64,000 nt of DNA. Source: Octopus vulgaris. Its lineage: Eukaryota. Below, one piece after another: positions 13,122-24,769 of this stretch (within the stretch, counting starts at the first letter, position 1; the number at the start of each line of letters is the position of its first letter). The position numbers were made by a program, and so were the translations under genes. The stretch covers positions 135,346,001 through 135,410,000 of the forward strand of contig OX597815.1 in assembly GCA_951406725.2 (NCBI GenBank), read 5' to 3'. Under the pieces are notes generated by a model. That model was not told where the DNA came from. It saw only the letters and a program-made list of their open reading frames with translations, and made no database searches.

Positions 13122-13392
13122 ACTTTTACAGGTTTCAGTCATTAGATTGTGACCATACTGTGTTTGAAGAAATTTTAGTCAGATGAATCCACCCCAATAA
13201 ATATTAGGGGTGGATTCTTTTGCTGAACTACTGAGTTACAGGGATATAAACAAACCAGCACTGGTTGTCAAGCGGTGGTAGGGGACAGATACAGGAGCAA
13301 ACACACACATATATGTGCGTGTGTACGCGTGCGCGCACGCAACTAAACCCAGAACCAGGTGGCTGGGAGACAAACTTCTTACTACACAGCCA
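13122..13392 (-). mobile_element. Degraded family A SINE
   Basis: Contains tttcagtcattagattgtgaccatactg, ctggttgtcaagcggtgg and aaacttcttactacacagcc. Confidence 0.7.
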
Positions 13393-13752
13393 GATGTTGC
13401 ATTAAAAAGTAAATACCAACAAATTTGAAGGGTGGGTGAGTTTCACCAGAAGTTGTAGGCCTTGTTTTTTTTTGGTTGAACAACTTCAGTGCAATACATT
13501 AATTTATTCATTATTTTGATTAACTCATTAATTATCTGAACTGATTTCTTTTATTTATTTGTTAGTTATTCGTTAGTTGTTGCTTGTTTCTAATGAATTT
13601 ATTGTGCTTTCTCTTATTTGTTTAATAATGGCTTTTACAGTCATTAACTTCACAAAATTCAAACTACTGCACACCATGATATATTACATAAGTCTAGTCT
13701 CAGTTTTGAGTCATGAACAGTACAGCCTAGGTTAAAACTCTGAGTAGATACA

Positions 13753-14025
13753 TTATCATCATTATCATCATTGTTTAGTGTCTTCATTCCATGCTGGCAT
13801 GAGTTGGATGGTTTGACAGAAGCTGGCCAGCTGAAGAGCTGTCCAGACTCCAGCTGTCTGTTGTGACATGGTTTCTATGGCTGGATGCCCTTCCTAATGC
13901 TAACTATTTAACTGAGTGTGCTGGGTGCCGTTTACGTGCCACAAGCATGAGTGTGTTTACGTAGCATCAGTGCATTAATGCAGCACCAGCATGGATGCTT
14001 TTTAAGTGGCACCAGTACCTGAAGG
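13753..14025 (-). mobile_element. RTE-tail repeat
   Basis: (cat)n tail, ccatgctggcatgagttgg and ggctggatgcccttcctaatgc. Confidence 0.75.
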
Positions 14026-15920
14026 ACAAGCCTTGTATCTGTGGAAAATAGCAATTTTACTTAAATATCTTTCACTCTACCCAACATACAGAGTTCTATA
14101 ACAGATGACGTTTGCAACACATAAAATGCATTTTAGCACACACACACACACACACACACACACGTTATTTGTCATATAAGTAACAAAAATAAAACTTTTG
14201 TCACCAAGGGTATTATCAGGAATTATGACACATTCAGTAACTCAACTTTTATAAGATTTCTTGATACTAATTTTCAAAAGAAATATATTTATCACCTTAA
14301 AACTTATAAAAATTTCTGATTTGTATATTTGCAAAATAATATATGTTAATAGTTTTCTAAATTTTATTTGGCTTGTTAGCTTCTCCAGTTCAGTTTAGCA
14401 GAGAAATCACTAGAGTATTCACTAACTTAAGAATTTATAGCAAGCTGATCCAAATGAACATATCACTACAACTGCTACAATAATATTAATATACTTTTAG
14501 CACCATGCGTAATGTCAGGGAATATGGCATATTTACAATAATTATAAATCAACTTTAATGAAATTATCCATGGTGGCAAAAGTATACTTCCAAAGTTCCC
14601 TAAACACATGATGGATGACACCCAAGTGTGCGCATATATATCCATACACATGTGTGCATATATATGTATACACACACAATATTACATGCATACATGTGTA
14701 CGTGCGTGTGTGTATGTATGTATGTATTAAATGATGATGATGATGTACATACATATGTATGGAATGTCTTATGATCCGAGTTGATTTTAATCATTTTGTC
14801 ATCGAGAAACAAACCAGGATATGGAACAAAAGCAACATTCCCAGCTCATTCAGAAGTTGTTTCCAATTTCATAAGAGCTAGGTGAATTGAAGTATTATAG
14901 AACAAAGTATTGTAGAAAATAAAAGCCAAGATTACACATTGAGTAAAAATATGCAAAGAAAGTAATGAAGAAAGCCCCCATATAGTGTGTTACATTTAGT
15001 CCATGGTGCAAATATTAAACTGAAGATAGATTATGATTTTTGAAAATCACAAAAAACTTCTTTCTCATTCTACTGTACTTTTGTATTGCTGTTTTTATAT
15101 TACATAATTGATGGACAAAAGTTATCAAATAGAAAAAAATTAACAAAGCTGGTATTGAGTCTAAAACAGTGATCATGATGATAAAAATTATGATGATGAT
15201 GATGATGATGATGGAATGGGTGGTGAATGTTAGAATCACTACATTAGACAATCAAGAAGAATGTGATGGTGATGAATAGGAATGATTGAACACATATATA
15301 TTTTGTTGGCTGAACAAAGAAAAAAAGAGAAAAGTAACACAAAGATGATAGAAGGAAGAGAGACGAAAAAGAATTGAGAAGATAAAAAAACATAAGATTC
15401 AAGACCAAGGGAGCATTAGGGAGAAACAGATGACACAAGAATACTAAAAAAAGATGAAGAAAGAAAGAGAAAGAATGAGGAAGGGGTAGGAAGAAGGAAG
15501 GAGATGAAAAAATGTCAGAAGAGAACAGGAGTTGAAAAGAGAACAGAGAAGAAACAAAAGAAGACAAGAAGCTAGAATAGTAGAACTATAACAATAGTGT
15601 AAAACCATTAAGAAACTGAAGCTAATAAGAGTGAGACCATCAGAGGTATAAAGTACAAATTATTTCTAATGCAAGAATGCTGGAATGGTTTATACAAGTA
15701 TAAAAGAAGCATTTTATCATTATGGGAATACTTTCCTTCATTTTCTCAGAGCCACATGCCCACACAAGTCTACACATTCATCTCCATAAAATGAATACAA
15801 ATGCGTGCAAACTCATATAATTATATCTACTCATATAAACAAATAGGCATATATTCATACACAAGCATATACAACTTGCATACATATTTGTATATACATA
15901 CATACATACATTTTATATAT

Positions 15921-17870
15921 TAGGAAGAAAGTTAACCTAGATGAGATGCAGTTTGGTTTTGTGCATTACTGATGTTATCTTCCTAGTAAGGTAACTGCAG
16001 GAGAAGCATTTAGCAAAGACTAAACAGTTGTGTTTGACATTTGTCAATGTGGAGAAAACCTCTGACAGGGTCTCTTGCTCACTCATCTAGTTGGCAATGC
16101 AGAATCTAGGGGTAGATGAGTGGTTTGTAAGATCCGTTGAAGCCATGTACAGGGATGAAAATTGGCAATGAGTATAGCAATGGATTTAATCTGCAAGTAG
16201 GAGTTATCAAGGATTGGTTCTTTGTCCCTTCTCGTTTATCATAGTCCTCTAGGCCATAACAGAGGAATTTAAAACTGGTTGTCCATGGGAGTTCCTCTAT
16301 GCTTGTGACCTTGTTCCTATAGCTGAATCTCAATTAGAATTAAAGAAATTTCAAGAGTGGAAGTAAGGACTGAAATCAAAGGCCTTAGAGTTAACAATGA
16401 CCAAAGTACCAGAGAGCAGGAAAACAGACAAATTACTAATTTCTTCAGAAAAATATCCCTTCTTGATACATAGAAATGGTGTAAGTTGAAATTCCATAAC
16501 ATGTAGCCGGTGCAAGTATGGACTCATAAGAAGTGCAGTAGAGTTACAGGAAGGCTAACAGAGAAAGTGTGGTAGATGTGCAGGTACAATAAACATTATG
16601 AACATACAGGAAATGGATGTCCTCAAATAGGATCCTTAGAAGTAGTAGGTAGTTTCTGTTGGAGGAGGATGCATAGTTGCTAGATTAAGAACTAGTTGAG
16701 CAAAGTTCAAAGAGCCATTACCTTTCCTTCAGAGCAAAAGGCAGGTTGTATAATGCTTGTGTGTGGATAGCTATGCTACATAATAGGGAAACATAGACTG
16801 TGAATGCAGAGAATATGTGAAGGCTTGAAAGAACTGAAGCCAGCATGCAGCATCAGATGTGCGATGTCAGTAAGTATGTAGGAAAAAGTGCAAATGTTTT
16901 AAGAGAAAGACTGGGTACAAGAGGCATTAGATGTAGCATGTAAGAGAGAAGATTATACTGGTATGGTCACATGGTGCTTTAGAGACTGACATAAAGAAGT
17001 GTAAATCTCTAATTTTGGAGGGAACCTGTGAAAGAAGAAGACCTAGGAAGACATGGGACAAAGTGATGAAAAATAACCTTGAGCCTCAGAGTGGAGATAA
17101 CAAAGGATCAAGATGGTGATTTGCTGTGTTTGAGAAGACCCACAAAGCAAAGAAAAATCGAAGATATAAAGACACACTCTTTATGTCCATGCACTCCCCA
17201 CTACACAATCTGTCTCTGCCAAGCCTCTAGTCAACATCCCATATTTCCAACACCTCCCACTTCCCCTACCTGTGCTCACCACCTGCTGTATTCCCCTCTC
17301 CTCTATCTCTCAATCTCCCTTGCAAACCTACTTGCACACAATATCCCCCCCCCCCACCGTCGAATCTTTTCTTCACAACATATCCTCCTAATACCTTTTC
17401 CTTCAACTTGTGCTCACTCACTACATTCCCCTGCCATCTCTCATTCTCCTTTTGCACTCCTGCAAACTTCCCCCCCCCCACTCCTGGTTCACTTCACTAT
17501 ATACGCCTCCCTGCAACTTGGGTGTACACCCTGTCACATCTTCATTTTCTTGTTCCTCTCTATCTCTCTGTCTCCTCTCTTTCCACCCGAGATAGCTATG
17601 TTTCTCCTCTACTGCAAGACACCTATTTCTATCCCTCAGTACAACTTCCCACTCAGCTGAGGGGGAGGGGGTCTTGTCTTACAATTTACTTGGTAAACTC
17701 ACTGCTGTTGGTATCACCAAAATAAACCAGTCCACTCTGTAAAGTGGTTGGCATTAGGAAGGGCATTCAGCCATAGAAACCATACCAAAGCAGACACTTG
17801 AATATGATGCAGCCTTCTGACTTTTTAATTCCTGTTGAACAATCCAATTGATGAGAATGATGATGATAAT
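15921..17870 (+). mobile_element. Degraded 5'-truncated RTE LINE: RT, C-terminus, pyrimidine-rich 3' UTR and tail
   Basis: DEMQFGFV, FVNVEKT, EEFKTGCPWEFLYACDLV (YADD equivalent), LYWYGHMV and RRPRKTW. Ends in ggttggcattaggaagggcatt and (gat)n. Confidence 0.85.
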
Positions 17871-18319
17871 ATATATATATATTTATATATATATATATAC
17901 AAAGTTTGGGGGTTTAATTCACAGGTGATTTAAATGATTAGGTACACTAGGTAAGTGCTGTAACAGATTACTAGTGCTCCAAGGTTATAACCGAAACGGT
18001 AGTTATGGAGCCATTGCAGATTTCCGATCTCTTCATCTTCTTATTCCTTTACTCTCTTCTTCTATGTCATCATTTCATTAATATATACCCTTCTCATTTT
18101 CTCTATTTTTCCCAATTTGTCTCATGATGGAATATCCTATACTCTGGGATATCCCATAAACAACTGTAAGGCTAAATTTTTTCCAATAATAATAATGTAT
18201 AGGAGATGTTTGCCTTGCATTAACGTTTGTTGTCCTCTTTAACATATATATATTTAAGCTCATCAATGGGTACAGACAATCAAATATGACTTTAAATCAG
18301 AGTTCAATTTTTTAAAGAA

Positions 18320-18348
18320 CATATATTTATGAAATTCATAAATATATG
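18320..18348. repeat. Perfect 14-bp inverted repeat with 1-nt spacer
   Basis: catatatttatgaa-a-ttcataaatatatg. Confidence 0.9.
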
Positions 18349-18354
18349 GAATTT

Positions 18355-18593
18355 ATATAATTATAAACAAGAAAAGTGAAGTGAGCAAGTTGCTTTAATA
18401 CATAGAATTACAATTATTTCATTGGCATTCAAACTCAAGATTGTATCAGTATAATGATACAGCCTAAGTCTATAGTTGCATAAATTAGATAATAATATAG
18501 TAATACTCTTGAATTTGAATATTGATGAAACAATTGTTAATTTTTTGCATTAAAACAACTTGCTCACTCCACTCTCCTTGTTAATAATTATAT
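18355..18593. repeat. Long imperfect palindrome (MITE/foldback-like, ~90-bp arms)
   Basis: Left arm ataattataaacaagaaaagtgaagtgagcaagttg...ttcaaactcaaga matches the reverse complement of the right arm tcttgaatttgaa...caacttgctcactccactctccttgttaataattat. Confidence 0.85.
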
Positions 18594-19781
18594 GTATGTA
18601 TATTTAGAAAAGGAACACAGAAACAAAGTCATTATTAAAGCTTTATATAATGTACATGTGTTTTGTGAGCATAAAGACTGGCTATGTAAACAAATGCTGC
18701 AGGTCTCAATCAACAGCAATCAACCTGGCAAAAATAAAACACAAAGAAAGAAGGGAGCCATTACACACCCCAGTATGCAAATTAGAATAATAGGCTTAAT
18801 ATAAGAATATGAAGGAGAAGGAAGAGAGAAGGTATGAGATGCATGAAAGAGTGTGATGGGCTTGAAAAAAGAAAAGAAAAGAAAGAAAGGAAAGAAAACT
18901 CTTGGGGCCTCACCTCTTCACACAGCCTACAATATTAGTAGCTATATTAATAATAATTCTTCTTTAATTTTGGCATAAGGTTAGTAATTTTGAAGATGGG
19001 GGAGTCAATTACATTGACTCTAGTGCTCAACTAGTACTGAAAGAATGAGAGGCAAAGTCAACCTCAGAAGAATTTGAACTCAAAATGTCATAAAGCACTT
19101 TGTCTACTTGCTTACAATTCCGCTAGCTTGCAACTCTAACAATGATAAATAATAATAAATTTTTTTAAATATCAAAATGTAGTAAAGAAAATAATAAACA
19201 AAATTAAATTGAAAAATCAACAAACTAACAAGGCAGCCAGTAGGGAAGAAAGAAAACGAGAGAGAAAGAAAGAAAGAAAGGAAATGAAAGACCATGGTGA
19301 AAGGATTTACAGCGCTTCTGCAGGAAAGGAAGTAGAGCAGACATAAAGTCGCTGAGTTCTAAAGGCAGGCCTTGTGAGATGTGGCTAGGTACCAGAAGTT
19401 GCCAAGGCTTACCTACATCATACAACTATTCAACTTATACCTTGAGGGTCCTCGCAGAAAAAAGTTGCCCCCTCCCTCATACCTTAGCCGCACATTGCCT
19501 AGCATACAGCCACTTCTTTTTTGATTTGATAATCTTGTAAGATGGTGACCAAACTAGTGAGTATGGCATGAAGAAAACAAAAAAAAAAAATAAAAGCATC
19601 CAGTACATGCTGTCAAGTGGTTAGCATTAGGAAGAGCATTCAACAACAGAAACCATGCAAAAGTAGTGGTAATAGGTGCAGCCCTTGGACCCACTGAATT
19701 CTGTCAAGCAGTCATGCCATCATGAAGAAAGGACATTGAATAATGATGATAATGAAATATATATGCACACACATGCATATA

Positions 19782-19840
<59 letters not shown>

Positions 19841-19849
19841 ATACATATA

Positions 19850-19882
<33 letters not shown>

Positions 19883-19887
19883 GTATA

Positions 19888-20223
19888 CTAGCTGATGTAC
19901 CCGGTAATTCCTGGGTAAGCAGGGCTTATCCCTTGGTTCTGTTCTCATAATTGTTTCATTATCCAATAACAACAATACAAAGTATGTAGCCCATAAAACG
20001 GTTTTTGGCTGTTACAATGAAATATATTAGACATGTATAAGGATCCCTTCCAGGGGCCCTATTATCGATTTTTTTTTTCAACAATCTGAGTATGCCATGA
20101 GGTTTCCAGACATGAGTTCCACTCACGTATCAAGTTTTATCAAAATTAATAAAACGATGTAGGAGTTAGCTAACAAACTTCACAAACACACCCACAGTCA
20201 GAATTTCCCACATATGTAGTAGA
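19888..20223 (-). mobile_element. Non-autonomous Helitron (336 bp)
   Basis: Minus strand starts A|TC and ends CTAG|T. Subterminal hairpin taccc-gg-taatt-cc-t-gggta (19898-19917) lies just inside the 3' end. No TSD, inserted at an AT dinucleotide. Confidence 0.75.
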
Positions 20224-20299
20224 TATATCTTACACACACACACACACACATATTATATATTTATATTATTATTTTATCATTATTATCATTTCTCTTGTT

Positions 20300-20520
20300 A
20301 AGGTGGCAAGCTGACAGAATTGTTTGCTCAATGGACAAAATGCTTAGAGGCATTTTGTCTGTCTTTATGTTCAGAGTTCAAATTACACTGAGATCAATTT
20401 TTGCCTTTCACCCTTTTGGAGTCAATAAAATAAGCAATAGTCAAACACTGAGGCCAATGTCATTGACTAGCCCCTCCCACCAAATTTTAGGCCATGTGCC
20501 TATTGTAGAAAGAATTATTA
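20300..20520 (+). mobile_element. Degraded SINE, family B
   Basis: ggtggcaagctgacagaa head and tttgcctttcacccttttggagtcaataaaataag core, homologous to 45926-46140. Further copies near 18955-19140 (-) and 27121-27297 (-). Confidence 0.75.
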
Positions 20521-21097
20521 TTATTGCTGTTGTAAGTCACAAGTAATATGTTTTCTAAGATACGACTGCATGTGTTGAGACCTAGTTTATTTCATATGAC
20601 TTGAGTGTCGTGTTACATTATGGTATGAGCGCCCAATAGAAGAATTTCATTTCCCTGAATTTCTTAAATTCCCTGTGACCTATCTTTTTGTGATGGCTTC
20701 CAAAATATTCCATCTTGAATAGGTTAATACATGTCCTACATAAGTGTTTATTTTTTTTTGTTTAAAAAAAAATGATATATTTTTCATAAGTGTGTGAGTA
20801 CATTCATCTTTTTACACAATCACACATAAAAATACATATATATATATTCATAATATATATATATATATATTTTAAACTCTCAGTCAACATGAACTGTACA
20901 ATAAATTTAACTATTCTCTATTCTGAGTCTGCCATTAAGGCATGTTCTGTTGTTATTCTTAAACTTGTTTTACAATAACAACCTCAATTTAACATCTACA
21001 TTATATGTGCGTGTGCGTGTGTATCATATATGGTTTAGATAAAGTAATCAAGGTTATGAAGTGGAAGGAAGAATAATAATAATAATAATAATAATAA

Positions 21098-22537
21098 TCC
21101 ACCTGGATAGTTGCTTAAAATATCTGGTGAAATGGGATACAGCATTGCCATCCACATAGTTAAACCAATTCATTCAGGAGCGTCATATCCAATGACTGGA
21201 ATAGTAGCAAAGGTGATGCCTCAGTGAGAAGCAACTGTAGAGGAATCAAACTTCTAAATGAGGATCATGAAGAAAATCATAGCACAATTGATCCAGAATA
21301 GTGTAGACTTGGATGGGATGCAAATTTACTTTTGTCCCCAGAAGTGGCACAACAGATGCAATGTTCCTAGTGAGGTAACAACAGAAGAAATACCTGGCTA
21401 GGAAGAATTAATTGCTGTATCTGGCTATCATTGGTTTGCACAAAGCATTTCACTGGATACCTCATTCAATAATCTGGTGGGCACTGGGAGAACTAGTAGA
21501 TGAATGACTTGTGTAGTAGTCCAAGCTATGTAGAAGGATGCAGTAAGTGAAATGAGTGTTGGCAATGGCTTAAGTGATGAATTTAGTGTAAAGGTAGGAG
21601 TTCAATGTTCAGTCCTCAGTCCGCTCTTATTCATCACAGTCCTTATAAGTCATCATGAGGGAGTTTAAGATCGGCTGATGGTCTAGTTTTCATAGATGAA
21701 TCCATAGTGGAATTAGTGAAAAAATTCCAAACATGAAATCTATATTCGGAATTGAGAAGCCTTAAGGTAAAACTAACAAAGATGGAGATTTTAGTAAGTA
21801 GGAAAGAAGATAAGACCCTGGTACCTTCAGGGAAAGAGCCTTGCTTGATATGCAGAAATGGTGTAGGTATAAACACCATACATTTTACTCAATGTAAGCT
21901 ATGGACAAACAGGAGATGTTGCAGTATCACTAGCATATCATCCAAAAATGTAAACTAAACATACCCTAGAGGCACTGGAGCAGTTCATATAAGCACACTA
22001 GAAACTGAGTCTCTTAAATACTCAGACTGTTCACTAGTTGATATCTTTTGTTACCTAGGAGATGTGATTAGCAAGGGAGGTGGTTGCTCCAAAAATATAA
22101 TAGCTTGAGTGAGAACTGGTAGGAGAAAGTTCAGGGGACTACTACCACCGCTAACAACAAAGATTTTTTTTTCTTTAGAGAGTAGGGCAAAGTATATGAT
22201 GCTTGTGTTAGGATGCAATACTGTATGGTAGTGAGACATGGGCTTTGAATGCAGAAAACTTGAGAAGAAATGAAATTAGCGTATTCTGCTGGATATGCAG
22301 TGTGAGTGTGCATGAAAGAATTAGTACAAGGGTGCTGAGTGAAAAACTGGACATTAGTGGAATTAGTTGTAGTGTGCAAGAAAGAAGACTGTGCTGATAT
22401 GTACTCAGGGTGCATATGGATGAAGCCAGCTGTATAAAGAAGTACCAGTTGCTAAATATAGTCAGAACTTGAAGTAGAGGGAGACCCGGGAAGACACGGG
22501 ATGAAGTGGTTAAGGCTAACTTCAGGACCCTGAGCCT
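21098..22537 (+). mobile_element. Degraded RTE LINE (RT to C-terminus)
   Basis: RSGTTDAMFLVR, VKVGVQCSVLSPLLFITVL, PSGKEPCLICRNGVG, FCYLGDVISKGGGCS, YGSETWAL and RGRPGKTR. Confidence 0.85.
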
Positions 22538-22890
22538 AGAAAAAAAAAAGTGAACCACTATGATGAATTGAAGTGGAGAATACACAGGTTGTTTTCAATG
22601 AAGAAAGTGGAAATGATACCAATAGTGATTGGTGCACTTGAAAATATCAGTAGTGAACTACCAATGTGGCTGAAAAAGACAGGAGCAAATATAAAGGTAG
22701 AACACCAATGAAAATTATCAGCTTGGAACTGCAAGAGTTCTCTGTTGAGTTCTTGAAGCATGATCAGTAAACAAATTCCACCTTAGTCTGTTGGCTGTGG
22801 GCAGCTGACACTTTCCATCATATCCAGCAAAATAAAGCTGAGAGTTTTCATGATATAATGATGATAACAATGATGATGACGATGATTTCT
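22538..22890 (+). mobile_element. 3' end of an RLE-type (R4/Dong-like) non-LTR retrotransposon
   Basis: EKKKVNHYDELKWRIHRLFSMKKVEMIPIVIGALENISSELPMWLKK...LGTARVLC*VLEA* resembles the restriction-like endonuclease C-terminus (KY.DL...V.VIPIVIGALG...LGTARILR). Followed by a short UTR and a (gat/aat)n tail. Confidence 0.8.
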
Positions 22891-23055
22891 ACTACTAGCA
22901 ACAGACAACAAATATTTAGTAAGAGGTATGGTTCCACTGGAAATAGTAGATATTTTATTGACACAGGAGGAAAAAAAAAATCAACCCTGGCATAATCTGA
23001 ATTCGAAATGTAAGGTATTTTGTTTGATATTCTACTGTTACTGTCATCCAAAGAG

Positions 23056-23340
23056 ACAGAAGAAAGAAGACATATGAAGAAAATAGAAGGGGACATAGGA
23101 CATCAGAAGAAAACATACAAAGAAGACATAAAAAAGCTGATATATGACGACATAAGATGATGACATACAAAGAGAACGTACAAAAATGACATAGAGAAGA
23201 CATACAAGGAAGACATATGAAGACATACAAAGAATACATATGAAAACATAAGATGACATACAAAGAAAGCATACATAGACATAAGAAGATAACATAAGAC
23301 ACTGAAGACAGAGAGCAAACAAAATGCATAAGGTAAGACA
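23056..23340 (+). repeat. Degenerate minisatellite built on aagacata/gacatacaaaga
   Basis: Many imperfect GACATA-containing units. Explains the overlapping hydrophobic minus-strand ORFs here. Confidence 0.8.
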
Positions 23341-24626
23341 GTAGAAGAAATGAAGAACACAAAAAGTAAATGGGCAAAAAAAATCAAGAAAGATGAAGAG
23401 AAAATAAATAAGAAATACAGAGAGAAACAAAATAGTGAAATCTCAAGAATACAAACAATATCTCTCCATTCTTTTGCATCACAAACAACCCATTTCTTTC
23501 TTCTAATCTGTATTTGAAATATACAGAGACAAATAAATAATTCACTTTATTTCTTGATAAAAATTACTGCTATGTATAGATTTTATTTCTGACAGGTTAG
23601 CAGTTTGCAGGATGTTTGTTATACAGCTTCAGGTCAACCCTGATTAAGCAGACCTGTAACCAAAGGTGTTCCAGTTATGGTTGGCTGGGGTTATTTTAAA
23701 ATGTTTAATTCTTTTTGTCACTCTGTCTGGTTAAGAAATATGAGATCATGTAGTCTGTTAAGATATTCAGCAAAAGATTTTTAAAAAAAGGCTTCTAAAT
23801 GCACAGGTGAGAACAAGCAATTCCTAAAAACTTACTTTTAACTACATATAAAATGATAACCATGTAGTAGAATGTGGCAATGACAAAATTACCTTGGCAA
23901 TAGCTAATAGCAATAAACTTTACCAAGCAAAACATACTGACCAACAGCTGACTACCCACCCCAGATAACAACAGGTTAGCAAAAAATAAGAGAGCCTCTA
24001 TGCAGTCACCCAACCTAATAGCAATAGCTGGCAAGTTACTCTCAAATCACACTCTTCCTTTTTAAAAATAAACAATGTAGTTCTGGATTCATTGGTTGAT
24101 GGTAGAACACCTTTGGAAGCATATAGTTTTTTTTTGTTTTTTTTTACCAGTGCCAGTTTAATATAGACAACTACAACCAATGTACTGGAATACTGTGCAT
24201 GCTAAACCGATAGAAATAAAATTTATAAATAGTCATTTTCACTTACATACCATACCTAACATAAGAGAAGTAGACAAGCAAATGGATGAAGCTCTTTTGC
24301 CATTAGAAACTGAAATATTCAACCAATCACCTTGGGAAGCATGATAGAAATAGTGAAGCTCAAAGTAGAGACATTAGAGTGGAACCACAACAACAAAAAA
24401 ATAAAAAACTTTGATAAATAAACATAAATGCTTAATACAATGAACACAAACGCATAGATGTATACAAATACAAGCATAGATGCATACACATGTATCATAC
24501 ATACACACACATATATATACATGCATACTCACACACATATATACATGAGTGGAAGAGAAAATCACAAACACATAATCCCATATAAAATACAATCAATCAC
24601 ATTCATATGTATGCAAATATACAAAC

Positions 24627-24769
24627 CATATCTCAAAAGATATCCTTTGGCTCCTAGTGAGAAACTTAATTTCACAAGAGGTTTAATGCAGAGGAGGAGA
24701 ACCATGTTGCTTTGTTTTTCAGTTGGCAGATCTCTTCTCTGAGTTTGTGGTATAAATCTTACAGATAAA
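24627..24769 (-). other. Candidate exon
   Basis: Acceptor ttttcttctctcag|TTTATC and possible donor ATG|gtttgt. Open in the phase left by the candidate exon at 27377-27533. Confidence 0.25.

Noticed and set aside
14560-14580. Perfect Kozak GCCACCATGG on the minus strand
   Set aside because: It opens only a 9-aa ORF (MDNFIKVDL).
17079-17725. 193-aa and 105-aa ORFs (also 30481-30996)
   Set aside because: They lie in the pyrimidine-rich RTE 3' UTR, where stop codons are rare by composition.
17968-18011. Hairpin containing ccgaaacgg as a possible hammerhead
   Set aside because: No CUGANGA core in the required position.
22955-23430. Overlapping hydrophobic, membrane-protein-like ORFs
   Set aside because: They are antisense readings of the GACATA minisatellite.
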